Of a stretch of 41,840 nucleotides of DNA, positions 15,234-24,722 are shown one piece after another. Position numbers and translations under genes: made by a program. The stretch comes from a virus. Lineage: Duplodnaviria; Caudoviricetes. Numbering within the stretch: the first letter of the stretch is position 1; the number at the start of each line of letters is the position of its first letter. The notes beneath the pieces were generated by a model. That model was not told the DNA's origin and searched no databases. It was given only the letters and a program-made list of their open reading frames with translations. The DNA is taken from positions 1-41,840 of the IMG/VR virus record IMGVR_UViG_3300016466_000012. One strand, 5' to 3'.

Positions 15234-15723
15234 GAACTTCATCCCGGAGATGTTTAACGTAGACATTCTTGAGCGTGTCAATCCAGACCTAGTGCTGGAC
15301 ATCACGAAGGTAGAGTGGGGCAAAGAGTTCGATACCAAACGCTTCGGCAAGGTAACTCTAAAGCCAGGAATGTTCAGCAGGATTGTGACAAACGATTGCC
15401 TTGAACACATCCAAGACCTGGTGCAAGCAATGGCTAACTGCCGAGACTTCCTGTGCAAAGGTGGCACGATGGAAATCTCAGTGCCTTACTGGCTAAGCCT
15501 TGGCGCTGATCAAGACCCGACTCATATCAGGCGCTTCAACCAGAACTCCTGGCTCTATTACACAGATTGGCACTGGTATCTAGGATGGGAAGAACGCTTT
15601 GTAATGCGCTCTATGGAGTTCAAGTTAAGTGAGTGGGGCGCAACACTAGATGCTGATGCAGAAACGCTCCTGCGAACTCCTACAGCCGTAGATTCGATGC
15701 AAGTTGTATTGGAGAAGCTATGA
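15193..15723 (+). CDS. Class I SAM-dependent methyltransferase
   Basis: LHLGSG, NVDI, CLEHI, GGTMEISVP, DPTH. Confidence 0.85.
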   Translation: MKDLPETLHLGSGKNFIPEMFNVDILERVNPDLVLDITKVEWGKEFDTKRFGKVTLKPGMFSRIVTNDCLEHIQDLVQAMANCRDFLCKGGTMEISVPYWLSLGADQDPTHIRRFNQNSWLYYTDWHWYLGWEERFVMRSMEFKLSEWGATLDADAETLLRTPTAVDSMQVVLEKL

Positions 15724-15887
15724 CGCCGGAAGAGATGTTCAATTCATTGCTAGGTCGCACGATTGAAGGCGTCGAGATAGATGATGGAGATATCTATCTG
15801 GAGTTAGACGACGAGCGCATCTTCGGGCTGTATGTGGACGAGGACGGCGATCTGAATGCGTCTCTGATGGGACGGAAGGCCAATTAA
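15720..15887 (+). CDS. 55-aa acidic hypothetical protein (not in ORF track)
   Basis: MTPEEMFNSLLGRTIEGVEIDDGDIYLELDD...; GGAG RBS, ATGA-coupled. Confidence 0.7.
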   Translation: MTPEEMFNSLLGRTIEGVEIDDGDIYLELDDERIFGLYVDEDGDLNASLMGRKAN

Positions 15888-15961
15888 AAGTTAAAGATCG
15901 CAAGAAGGGTAACGCATGCAACAAGTGCAGCAGTAGCAATGTATCCAATAAGTTCGTTCAT
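15884..15961 (-). CDS. 25-aa hydrophobic peptide, counter-oriented (not in ORF track)
   Basis: GGAGG RBS, MNELIGYIATAALVACVTLLAIFNF. Confidence 0.55.
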   Translation of the reverse strand: MNELIGYIATAALVACVTLLAIFNF

Positions 15962-16080
15962 GATTGCCTCCGTAAAGCGAGTACGACGGAGTAAAACATA
16001 ATTTCTTAGAGAAATGACAATCTATTTTTCTATCAGTAGCGACGCTACAATAGGTAAAGGTTATCAATCTTGGAGGCTCT

Positions 16081-16383
16081 ATGAGTAACGAGACCGAGCC
16101 TAAAGTGGGCGTAAATGTGGGCAATAGGGGTAAGGGGCGTCCCAAGGGCGTACCGAACAAGTCAACTGGTATTGTCCGCGAGGTGATCGCTCGCATGGCT
16201 GATGAGAATGCCGAGAACTTTGTGATGTGGATGAACCAGGTAGCGCAGAAGTCGCCGGATAAAGCGTGTGACATCTATCTGAAGGCGATCGAGTATCACA
16301 TCCCGAAGTTAGCCAGAACAGAAGTCACTGGTAACGATGGTGGCCCTCTAAGCATCAAGGTGGTGAGCGGCATTGATGAATGA
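16081..16383 (+). CDS. terS: Terminase small subunit (putative)
   Basis: GRPKGVPNK, EVTGNDGGPL; directly upstream of the large subunit; GGAGG RBS. Confidence 0.75.
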   Translation: MSNETEPKVGVNVGNRGKGRPKGVPNKSTGIVREVIARMADENAENFVMWMNQVAQKSPDKACDIYLKAIEYHIPKLARTEVTGNDGGPLSIKVVSGIDE

Positions 16384-17641
16384 GAAGGTAGTAGACACTG
16401 GTTACCGACCGCGTGAGCCTCAGAAGCAGATCCACCGTGCTGTAGCCAAGAGCCGCTTCACAGTGGTGGTTGCTCATCGACGTATGGGCAAGACAGTGGC
16501 TGCGATTAACCAGTTGATCCACAGTGCGCTCAAGTGTGACAAGCCCAATCCTAGGTACGGTCTCATTAGCCCGACCTACGGGCAAAGCAAGCGCACAGCC
16601 TGGGACTACTTGGTTGAGTTCACTAGACCACTAGGTGCTGCGGCAAACATCACTGAACTGCGTGTGGACTTCTGGGATCGTCGCATCCAGCTCTACGGTA
16701 GCGATAACCCAGACAGCTTGCGTGGACAGTATTTCGACGGGATCGTGATTGATGAGATTGCCGATCAGAATCCAAAGATTTGGAATGAGATCATCAGGCC
16801 TGCCCTAGCCGATAGACACGGTTGGGCCTTGTTCCTAGGAACTCCGAAGGGGCGTAATCATTTCGCAGACTTCAGAGATAGAGCAGCTAAAGATGAGAAC
16901 TGGTCTCTTCTAGAGTTCAAGGCTTCCGAAACGGGCATCCTTGATCCAAAGGAACTGGAGTCAGCCAAGAAAGAGATGGGCGCTGACAAGTACGCACAGG
17001 AGTTCGAGTGTTCATTTGCGGCTGCTGTGGAAGGCTCGTATTACGGATCGCTTATCAATGACCTGGAATCTGATGGTCAAGTCGGCAAGATTCCAAACGA
17101 GCCTCTAGCCAAGACATTCTGTGCTTGGGATTTGGGCATGAGTGATTCGACTGCTATCTGGGTGGCCCAGGTGGTGTCAAAGGAAGTGCGCCTGATCGAC
17201 TATGTGGAGAACCACGGTGTCGGTCTCGACTGGTACTTCTCCTGGCTGCAAGAGAATGGCTATCACCATGCGACGCAAATACTGCCGCACGACGTAGAGG
17301 TCAGAGAGCTAGGAACTGGCAAGAGTCGCAAAGAAGTCCTGATGGAGGCTGGTCTAGAGATCGAGGTTGCCCCGAGACTTTCGGTTGCTGATGGCATACA
17401 GGCCGTCAGACAGTTATTGCCTCGTTGCTGGTTCGACGAAGAGCGCACGAAGATGGGACTCGATGCGCTGAGAAACTATCGCCGAGAATATGACGAAAAG
17501 CGGTCGGTCTTTTATGATCGACCCTTGCACGATTGGAGTTCACATGCGTCAGATGCGTTTAGATATCTGGCGATTGGATTAAAAGAATCTGGCTCTGATT
17601 GGGGCCGACCATTGAACATTGACACAAGGTGGGTGGTTTGA
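16376..17641 (+). CDS. terL: Terminase large subunit
   Basis: HRRMGKT, LRG..FDGIVIDE, GTPKG, WDLGMSDST, HDWSSHASDAFRY. Confidence 0.95.
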   Translation: MNEKVVDTGYRPREPQKQIHRAVAKSRFTVVVAHRRMGKTVAAINQLIHSALKCDKPNPRYGLISPTYGQSKRTAWDYLVEFTRPLGAAANITELRVDFWDRRIQLYGSDNPDSLRGQYFDGIVIDEIADQNPKIWNEIIRPALADRHGWALFLGTPKGRNHFADFRDRAAKDENWSLLEFKASETGILDPKELESAKKEMGADKYAQEFECSFAAAVEGSYYGSLINDLESDGQVGKIPNEPLAKTFCAWDLGMSDSTAIWVAQVVSKEVRLIDYVENHGVGLDWYFSWLQENGYHHATQILPHDVEVRELGTGKSRKEVLMEAGLEIEVAPRLSVADGIQAVRQLLPRCWFDEERTKMGLDALRNYRREYDEKRSVFYDRPLHDWSSHASDAFRYLAIGLKESGSDWGRPLNIDTRWVV

Positions 17642-19782
17642 TGATTACCGACATTCAGGTTAAAGCCATTCTCGAATCAGAGATTGATGACGCCATTGGG
17701 TATCTAGAAACCGATACCACTGACGAACGCGCCAAAGCGATGAACTATTACCTGCGTAACCCGCTAGGTAATGAAATCGAAGGCCGCTCACAAATTGTCA
17801 CTGGTGAAGTCGCTGAAGCAGTTGATGGTGCTTTGCCGCAGCTCATGCGCGTTTTTACGTCTACTGATGACGTAGTTGCATTCGAGCCTAAGTCTCCGGG
17901 TGACGAACAGTTTGCTAAACAGGCTACTGAATACGTCAACTGGGTTTTCTATCGTCAGAACGAAGGATTCCTGATTCTGCACAACTGGTTTAAGGATGCA
18001 CTGCTCCAAAAGACCGGCATCGTCAAGGCTTATTGGAATGACGAGACAGATGTTATTAAGGAAAAGTACAAGGGGCTGACTGACAACGAGTTGGTCCTTC
18101 TGCTTGCTGACGGCCAGTGGGAAGTCATCGAGCAAGAAACCGAAGAGACGATGGATGAGTTTGGAATGGTTAACCGCAGCCATTCCGTGAAGGTTCAGAA
18201 GAAGGTAGGTGAGGGCTACGTCGTAGTCGAGAACGTCCCGCCTGAAGAGTTCCTCATGTCCAAGAATGGCCGGACTGTGCAGGACACTCCATTCTGCGCT
18301 CACCGTCGGATGATGACCCGTAGCGAGCTAGTGGCTATGGGCTTCGATAAGGACATTGTGGACGGTTTGCCTAGTGGTGATCGACTCCAGTATTCGCAAG
18401 AGCGTCTGGCGCGTTACGACCGTTCAGAGATGCCTGACGATACGCAGTCGATTGACTATGCGATGCAGGAAGTCGAGGTATACGAGTGCTATATCCGCAT
18501 TGACGAAGATGATGACGGCATTGCTGAACTCCGCCGGATTGTTTATGCCGGTAATGAGATTCTGGAAGATGAGGAATGTGATTATGTCCCGTTCCATGCT
18601 ATCTGCCCGATTCCGATTCCGCACAAGTTCTATGGTCAATCACTGGCTGACCGCACTATCGACTTGCAACTGATTAAGACGACGATTACTCGTCAGATGC
18701 TGGATAACCTTTATCTGACCAATAATGCTCGTGTAACTGTGGTCGATGGTCAGGCCAATCTTGATGACCTACTGACTAGCACTCCGGGCGGCATTATCCG
18801 TGTCAAGAATCCGCAAGCCGTTAATCAGTTGGTCGTGCAGAATGTTGCTGCACAGGCTTTCCCGATGCTTGAGTACCTTGATTCAGTTCAAGCCAAGCGC
18901 ACAGGCGTATCTGATGCCCAACAGGGGTTGAATCCAGACATCCTGCAAAACGTCACTGCCGCTGCTGTAGCGGCTATGCAAGGTGCTGCTGCTGGCAAGT
19001 TGGAACTGATGGCCCGTATCTTCGCTGAGACGGGCGTTAAGAGCCTTATGCAAGGCATCCTGCATCTGCTATGCAAGTACCAAGATAAACCGCGTGTAGT
19101 GCGTCTGAGAGGCCAATACGTCCAGTTTGACCCGCGTCAATGGTCAAACCAGTATGACGTCTCAATTAACGTTGGATTGGGCACTGGTAGCCGTCAGGAA
19201 CAACTGGCGATGCTCAATATGATCATGCAGAAACAAGAGACGATTCTTCAAGGTTATGGGCCTGCTAATCCTCTGGTATCGGTTGGGCAATATCGTGAGA
19301 CTCTTGGCCGACTTATAGAGGCTGCTGGCTTTAAGGATACGGACAACTTCTTCAAGCCTGTCCCGCCAGAAGTGGATGCAATGCTGTCGCAACCGCAGCA
19401 ACAGCCTCAGCAACCTGATCCGGCAATGATGATTGCCCAGGTGGAGCAACAGAAGGCACAACTGAAGGCCCAGAGTGATGCTCAGAGGCTTCAGGCAGAT
19501 ATTCAAGTGGAATCGGCCAAGTTGCAGGCTAATCGTGAGCAAGCGATGGCTGATATTGCTATTCAACAGGCAAAACTTGAATTGGAGCGGGAAAAGAATG
19601 CTGTCAAGTTGCAACTAGAGCAGGCTAAATTGATTGCTGAAACAGCTATGGCGCAGCGAGAAATGGCACTCACTGAACGCCAGCAGTTGATTTCAGAACT
19701 GGAAGATGCGCGTGAGCGTATGGAAGAACAAAGCGAAGCGGCAATGCTGCTGAATAACGTATTGATGCAACTGAGGGGCTGA
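17641..19782 (+). CDS. Portal protein (P22-like, with C-terminal coiled coil)
   Basis: Follows terL; DALLQKTGIVK; Q-rich coiled-coil tail; about 713 aa. Confidence 0.9.
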   Translation: MITDIQVKAILESEIDDAIGYLETDTTDERAKAMNYYLRNPLGNEIEGRSQIVTGEVAEAVDGALPQLMRVFTSTDDVVAFEPKSPGDEQFAKQATEYVNWVFYRQNEGFLILHNWFKDALLQKTGIVKAYWNDETDVIKEKYKGLTDNELVLLLADGQWEVIEQETEETMDEFGMVNRSHSVKVQKKVGEGYVVVENVPPEEFLMSKNGRTVQDTPFCAHRRMMTRSELVAMGFDKDIVDGLPSGDRLQYSQERLARYDRSEMPDDTQSIDYAMQEVEVYECYIRIDEDDDGIAELRRIVYAGNEILEDEECDYVPFHAICPIPIPHKFYGQSLADRTIDLQLIKTTITRQMLDNLYLTNNARVTVVDGQANLDDLLTSTPGGIIRVKNPQAVNQLVVQNVAAQAFPMLEYLDSVQAKRTGVSDAQQGLNPDILQNVTAAAVAAMQGAAAGKLELMARIFAETGVKSLMQGILHLLCKYQDKPRVVRLRGQYVQFDPRQWSNQYDVSINVGLGTGSRQEQLAMLNMIMQKQETILQGYGPANPLVSVGQYRETLGRLIEAAGFKDTDNFFKPVPPEVDAMLSQPQQQPQQPDPAMMIAQVEQQKAQLKAQSDAQRLQADIQVESAKLQANREQAMADIAIQQAKLELEREKNAVKLQLEQAKLIAETAMAQREMALTERQQLISELEDARERMEEQSEAAMLLNNVLMQLRG

Positions 19783-19783
19783 T

Positions 19784-22189
19784 ATGGCTATTACCGTTGA
19801 AGATTTGTATGCGGGATTGTTGGGTCGTACCCCAGATGTTGCTGGCGCTGAATACTGGAATAGCATCTTTGGCCCGACTATTGATCCAAATGAGATTGAG
19901 CAATTCCGTCAGGCTGCTGCACCTGAGATTGCCCGTCAACAGCAAGAGGCTTATGCACAGGAACTAGCCGCTGCAAATGTTCAACGTGTTGCAGAACCGA
20001 CAATGCAGACTGCTGCGCAAAGTATCCGTAGCATTGAGCAAGTAGCCGCAGAACGCGCTCCTCTGGAAACAATCAATAGTTTGCTTGCTGCACCACCGAC
20101 TGGCTCTGGAGAAGCCGGTAGTGAGGCTTATGCGCTGAATCAGCAGGCATTGCTGATGGACAAGTTCCGTATCGAAGCGCGTCAGGCCTATGACAATCCT
20201 GCACTCTTTGATTCGATTCTTGCTCGGATTCAATCGTCTAATTTGCAGGCTGACCGCAAACAAGCAGTAACGGATTTGATTCGCACTGATATTGCTAGAC
20301 TGAATGATGCAATCAGGGAAAACCCTAACGTCACTTCAGGCCAATACATTAGCAATGCTGCCCGCGCTCTGGATGACGCTTTTGGTGGTGTTTTGGGTAC
20401 TAATCAAGCCAATGCACTGTCGCTTGATTTCCGCAGCCCTGTAGAACTAGCAGAAGCGATCCAAGCATTCCAAGCATCCAATGGTCGGTTGCTTCCTGAA
20501 GATGCCTTGCGTGTTGCTCGTCAATACGATGCAGAAGATGCTCGCAATATCGGGCTGGCTCTAAACACATCATCCAATTCTCGCGGGCAAGAAGGTTTGT
20601 TGGGTAGCACATTCGGCGTCAATCAGGCTATCGTCCGATATGACCCGCAAGCTAATGAATTCAAACCCGACCAAGGTGGCGCCAAGAAAGACGTATTCGC
20701 TGCCCAATTCAATGCTGCACTAAATATTGGTGACAGACTGCCTAGCACAGAAGGTCTTACTGCTGTTGGCGACCCTGAAGATGGATTCTTCACTAAAAAA
20801 CTTGGCAATCCGGGCGCTTATGACCTTTTTGCTGTTTACAAACTCAATCCCAATACTGGTGAGGCTGTACAAGTCGGCACTTCCACCAACTTCAATCCAG
20901 AACTAAGTGGATTTAAAAAGTTTGTAAGCAGTCCGTTGGGCCAAATTATCATTGGTGTTGGCACTGGACTGTTGCTTCCTGGTGCAGCAAACCTAGTTGC
21001 AGGCGCTTTTGGCACTGGTACTGTTGCCTCTAGTGCTATTGCTGGCGGTCTTTTGGGTGCTGCTGGTTCTGCAATTACTGGTGGGGACATTCTTACTGGA
21101 GCGCTATTTGGTGCCGCTGGCGGTGCCTTCTCTGGATACATTGGCAACCAAGGTGGATTGGGGAATACTCTCAAAAATGCTGGATTTAATCTATCTGATG
21201 ACGTAGTAGCAAACTTGAATAAGTTTGTTAGTGGAAATACAGTTGCATCTGCTGACGATATTGCCAGTGCAAGGGCAACCATTTCCGCGGCTCAAGCGGC
21301 CGGAACTTTAAGCGATGATGCCGCAAGAGTTGCGGCTGAAACAATTGAAAGCGTTGCTCAAGAAGCAGATGCAATCGCTAGAAGCGGAATACTAAATCAA
21401 GTCAATCCTAATGTTCAAACAAACATTCCGGGTCAAGGATTTTTTGCTGACGGAACTCCATTTACTCCGAGTGGTTATGGTCTTACAAGCCCAGTTCCGG
21501 GCGTATCAGAAGCGGTGCAACGTGCATTCCAAGGCGTTGCGTTTGCAAATGCAGACGAAGTTACTCAAGCAGCAATCAATGCAGCAAGAGCCGCAAATCA
21601 AAACATTTCCCTGACAATGCCAGGTGGATTGAATGTAATTACAGCAAATCCTGCTGGACAAACCGTCCTTACACCATTCAATCAATTCTCGCAAACTGGC
21701 CCCCTTGCATTTGGTGGTGCTGCAGCAGGGGCTGGATCCGCCGCTGGTGCTGCAGCGGGTGCTGGCGCTGGTTCGGGGCTTGGCGCAGCTTTGGGTGGGG
21801 TTGCTAATCAAGCGATTGACTTTGTAAAAAACAACGCTGTTCCTTTAGCAATAGGTGCTGCTGCAGGCGCAGCAAGACCTGAAATACCTCCAACACAAAT
21901 TGACATTGGACTTCCTGCATGGGTATATGACCCTGCTCAAAGCGCAGTATTTGGTCGCATTCAAGCAGCACAAGCAGCAATGCCAGCACCCATGCCAAAC
22001 CTATTTAACGCTCAATTCCAGCGTGGCGGATTGGGTGCTGGTCAATTTATTGGTTATGACCTTTTGAATCGTACTGGTGATATTCCGCAACAAACCCTGT
22101 TGGGCGTATCTCCGCTTGCAATGCCTCCCATGAATCTTCTAGGAGTTACTGGTGGACAAGCCCCAACAAGCCAAACTGCTCTTGTCTGA
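19784..22189 (+). CDS. 801-aa Ala/Gly-rich putative virion protein with N-terminal DUF4214-like motif
   Basis: LYAGLLGRTPDVAGAEYW; central Gly-zipper-like hydrophobic region. Confidence 0.55.
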   Translation: MAITVEDLYAGLLGRTPDVAGAEYWNSIFGPTIDPNEIEQFRQAAAPEIARQQQEAYAQELAAANVQRVAEPTMQTAAQSIRSIEQVAAERAPLETINSLLAAPPTGSGEAGSEAYALNQQALLMDKFRIEARQAYDNPALFDSILARIQSSNLQADRKQAVTDLIRTDIARLNDAIRENPNVTSGQYISNAARALDDAFGGVLGTNQANALSLDFRSPVELAEAIQAFQASNGRLLPEDALRVARQYDAEDARNIGLALNTSSNSRGQEGLLGSTFGVNQAIVRYDPQANEFKPDQGGAKKDVFAAQFNAALNIGDRLPSTEGLTAVGDPEDGFFTKKLGNPGAYDLFAVYKLNPNTGEAVQVGTSTNFNPELSGFKKFVSSPLGQIIIGVGTGLLLPGAANLVAGAFGTGTVASSAIAGGLLGAAGSAITGGDILTGALFGAAGGAFSGYIGNQGGLGNTLKNAGFNLSDDVVANLNKFVSGNTVASADDIASARATISAAQAAGTLSDDAARVAAETIESVAQEADAIARSGILNQVNPNVQTNIPGQGFFADGTPFTPSGYGLTSPVPGVSEAVQRAFQGVAFANADEVTQAAINAARAANQNISLTMPGGLNVITANPAGQTVLTPFNQFSQTGPLAFGGAAAGAGSAAGAAAGAGAGSGLGAALGGVANQAIDFVKNNAVPLAIGAAAGAARPEIPPTQIDIGLPAWVYDPAQSAVFGRIQAAQAAMPAPMPNLFNAQFQRGGLGAGQFIGYDLLNRTGDIPQQTLLGVSPLAMPPMNLLGVTGGQAPTSQTALV

Positions 22190-22382
22190 TGAGTTCTTCC
22201 AAGAGATAATCAAAGATTATCAAACTGAACAACTCGATAGGTTTAAGTATTCAGGCGAGTTTGATTACGAGCAAAGGGAGTCTGCATACAAGAAGTTGCT
22301 TGTTGTAGACGAGATTTTGGCAAGGATTCAAAGCGTGGCTTCTCAGAAGGAAATTGATAAGAAACGCTGGAAGATTCTCTGA
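22152..22382 (+). CDS. Small head-region protein
   Basis: AGGAG RBS; position just before the scaffold gene. Confidence 0.65.
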   Translation: MDKPQQAKLLLSDEFFQEIIKDYQTEQLDRFKYSGEFDYEQRESAYKKLLVVDEILARIQSVASQKEIDKKRWKIL

Positions 22383-22435
22383 TCACAGAGAAACGGATGC
22401 AGACCCGATAGTTCTGCAAACTGTGGAGTATTGAA

Positions 22436-23395
22436 ATGTCTGAGCAAACCATGACCCCGGAAGGGAGTGGAGAAATCGGTGTAAACGAAGCGGCTGACCG
22501 TTTCCTTTCTCTAATGGACGTACCAGAGGACTCGCAAGAGCAACCCGAAGTCGAGCAAGAGGAGGAGGTGGAACTGGAGGCAGAATCCGAAGAATCTGAA
22601 GAAGATTACGAGGAACAGGAAGAAGTCGAAGATGAGCCAGAGGAACATCCTCGCTATCGCGTAAAGGCGGCTGGTGAAGAAAAGGAAGTCACCCTCGAGG
22701 AGCTGATCAAAGGCTATCAACTTGGTGCTGATTACACCAAAAAGACCACAGAGGTTGCCGAGCAACGCAAGGTTATTGAAGCCGAGCGCCAGGCGATCCA
22801 AGAAGCAAAACAACTGCGTGAAGCGTATGCCCAACGTCTACAGCTGGTAGAGCAATTCTTGAGCACTCCAGAAGAAGACATTGAGCACCTCAAGGAATCT
22901 GATCCGATTGGTTATGCGGTGAAGGTTGCCGAGCAAACTCAGAAAGAGAAGCAACTGCAAGCGGTTCGTGCCGAGCAAGCCAAACTTGCTGAACAGCAAC
23001 AATTTGAGCAAGCCCAGAGCCTCCGAAACCATCTTGCTGCTGAGTCTGAGAAGATTGCCGCAATCATTCCCGAGTACGCCGACAAGGAAAAAGGTGCGAA
23101 AGTCCGTCAGGAAATTCGTGACTATGCCAAGTCAATCGGTTGGACTGACCAGGAACTCGGATCGGTCTACGACTCGCGCGCTGTTCTCTCGCTGTATGAA
23201 GGTATGCACTACCGCAAGCTCATGCAGAACAAGCCTGCTGTGACCAAGAAGGTTGCAGAAGCGCCGAAGATGGTGAAGCCAGGTACTACCAAAGCTCAGA
23301 CATCGGAGCGAGAGCAGATGAAGAAAGACAAGGCACGGCTTCGTGAATCTGGAAAGGTTCGTGACGCTGCCGCTATTTTTGAACGATTCCTCTAA
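22436..23395 (+). CDS. Capsid scaffolding protein
   Basis: Acidic N-terminus, VTLEELIKGY..ADYTKKT, coiled coil; precedes the capsid gene. Confidence 0.85.
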   Translation: MSEQTMTPEGSGEIGVNEAADRFLSLMDVPEDSQEQPEVEQEEEVELEAESEESEEDYEEQEEVEDEPEEHPRYRVKAAGEEKEVTLEELIKGYQLGADYTKKTTEVAEQRKVIEAERQAIQEAKQLREAYAQRLQLVEQFLSTPEEDIEHLKESDPIGYAVKVAEQTQKEKQLQAVRAEQAKLAEQQQFEQAQSLRNHLAAESEKIAAIIPEYADKEKGAKVRQEIRDYAKSIGWTDQELGSVYDSRAVLSLYEGMHYRKLMQNKPAVTKKVAEAPKMVKPGTTKAQTSEREQMKKDKARLRESGKVRDAAAIFERFL

Positions 23396-23406
23396 GGAGC
23401 AATATC

Positions 23407-24354
23407 ATGGCTATTTGGAATGCACACGACGCCAAGGGTCTGCGGGAAGATTTGGCAGACGTTATCTACAATATCTCGCCAACGGATACGCCGTTCCAAT
23501 CGTCGGTTGGCCGCACCAAGGCTACTGCCGTTTATCACGAATGGCAGACTGACAGCCTTGCCGCTGCTACCACCAACAACGCTGCTGTTGAAGGTGCTGA
23601 CGCTTCGGACGCTACCCTTTCGGCTACTACCCGTCTTGGTAACTACACCCAAATCCTGCAAAAGACCATCAAGGTCTCGGGCACTCTGGATGCAGTGAAT
23701 AAGGCAGGCAGAAAGTCAGAAAAAGCGTACCAGCTCGCCAAAGCCTCTGCAGAGATCAAGCGCGATCTAGAGACCATCCTTCTGGCTAACCAAGGTCAGT
23801 CGGCTGGCTCGTCGAACTCGACCGCTCGCAAGATGGGTTCGCTCCTGTCGTGGCTGAAGACCAACACGCAAGTTGTTACCGCTGCCAACAACCCGACCAC
23901 CATCGGTGTCTCGACCCGTACTGATGGCACTCAGCGCACCTTCACTGAGCAACTGCTCAAGGATGCTGTTGCTGATGTGTACGAATCGGGTGGCAATCCG
24001 AAGGTGCTGATGGTTGGCCCGGCTGGTAAGCAAAAGGTCTCGTCGTTTGCTGGTATCGCTGAACAGCGTTTCATGGCCCCGTCGAACACGCCGACCACCA
24101 TTATCGGTGCGGCTGACGTTTACATGAGCGACTTCGGCACGATGAGCGTTGTCCCGAACCGCTTTATGCGTAGTCGTGATGCTCTGGTGCTCGACCCGGA
24201 ATACGCTGCCGTTGCGTATCTGCGTCCGTTCCAGACCAACGAACTGGCTAAGGCTGGTGACAGCGACAAGACCCAACTGCTTGTCGAATGCACGCTTGAA
24301 GTCAAGAATGAGGCCGCCCACGCGCTCATCGCTGACCTCGACATGAGCCTGTGA
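23407..24354 (+). CDS. Major capsid protein (DUF5309-like)
   Basis: REDLADVIYNISPTDTPF, HEWQTD, NYTQI, YMSDFG; biased codons; followed by a strong hairpin. Confidence 0.9.
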   Translation: MAIWNAHDAKGLREDLADVIYNISPTDTPFQSSVGRTKATAVYHEWQTDSLAAATTNNAAVEGADASDATLSATTRLGNYTQILQKTIKVSGTLDAVNKAGRKSEKAYQLAKASAEIKRDLETILLANQGQSAGSSNSTARKMGSLLSWLKTNTQVVTAANNPTTIGVSTRTDGTQRTFTEQLLKDAVADVYESGGNPKVLMVGPAGKQKVSSFAGIAEQRFMAPSNTPTTIIGAADVYMSDFGTMSVVPNRFMRSRDALVLDPEYAAVAYLRPFQTNELAKAGDSDKTQLLVECTLEVKNEAAHALIADLDMSL

Positions 24355-24363
24355 TGAAGTAAA

Positions 24364-24389
24364 AATGGGAGGGGGAAACCCCTCCCATT
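24364..24389. terminator. Hairpin terminator after the capsid gene
   Basis: AATGGGAGGGG-GAAA-CCCCTCCCATT; A-tract before, short pyrimidine tract after. Confidence 0.75.
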
Positions 24390-24404
24390 CTCTTAGGAAC
24401 TTTA

Positions 24405-24722
24405 ATGTCACGAATCATCTTTAATGATGGAACGCGAGTCCAGAAGTTTCACACAGTAGATGACCAAGTGGTTATCGAGACTTCTCAGGACATTACTAAC
24501 ATTCTTGAGCAGAACAAGGTTGACCTAGAGGCTGACAAGGCACGACAAGGCTTTGTCAATGAGATGCACCATGTAGCACGAATCCCAAACACGGTCATTG
24601 ATGACCTGAACAAGATGGGAATCATGCGTGGTTTTGCGATTGTTGACGATGTTGAATTCGCAAAGTGGCTGAATACCACTGAGATTGGTATTGCTTGCAA
24701 AACCTATAGGGGACAACTGTGA
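24405..24722 (+). CDS. Hypothetical virion-region protein
   Basis: HVARIP..VIDDL, KWLN; AGGA RBS. Confidence 0.7.
   Translation: MSRIIFNDGTRVQKFHTVDDQVVIETSQDITNILEQNKVDLEADKARQGFVNEMHHVARIPNTVIDDLNKMGIMRGFAIVDDVEFAKWLNTTEIGIACKTYRGQL

Noticed and set aside
23767-24411. 214-aa antisense ORF over the capsid gene (likewise 26518-27285, 33915-34841, 39691-40260)
   Set aside because: Shadow ORFs expected from biased codon usage of the sense genes.
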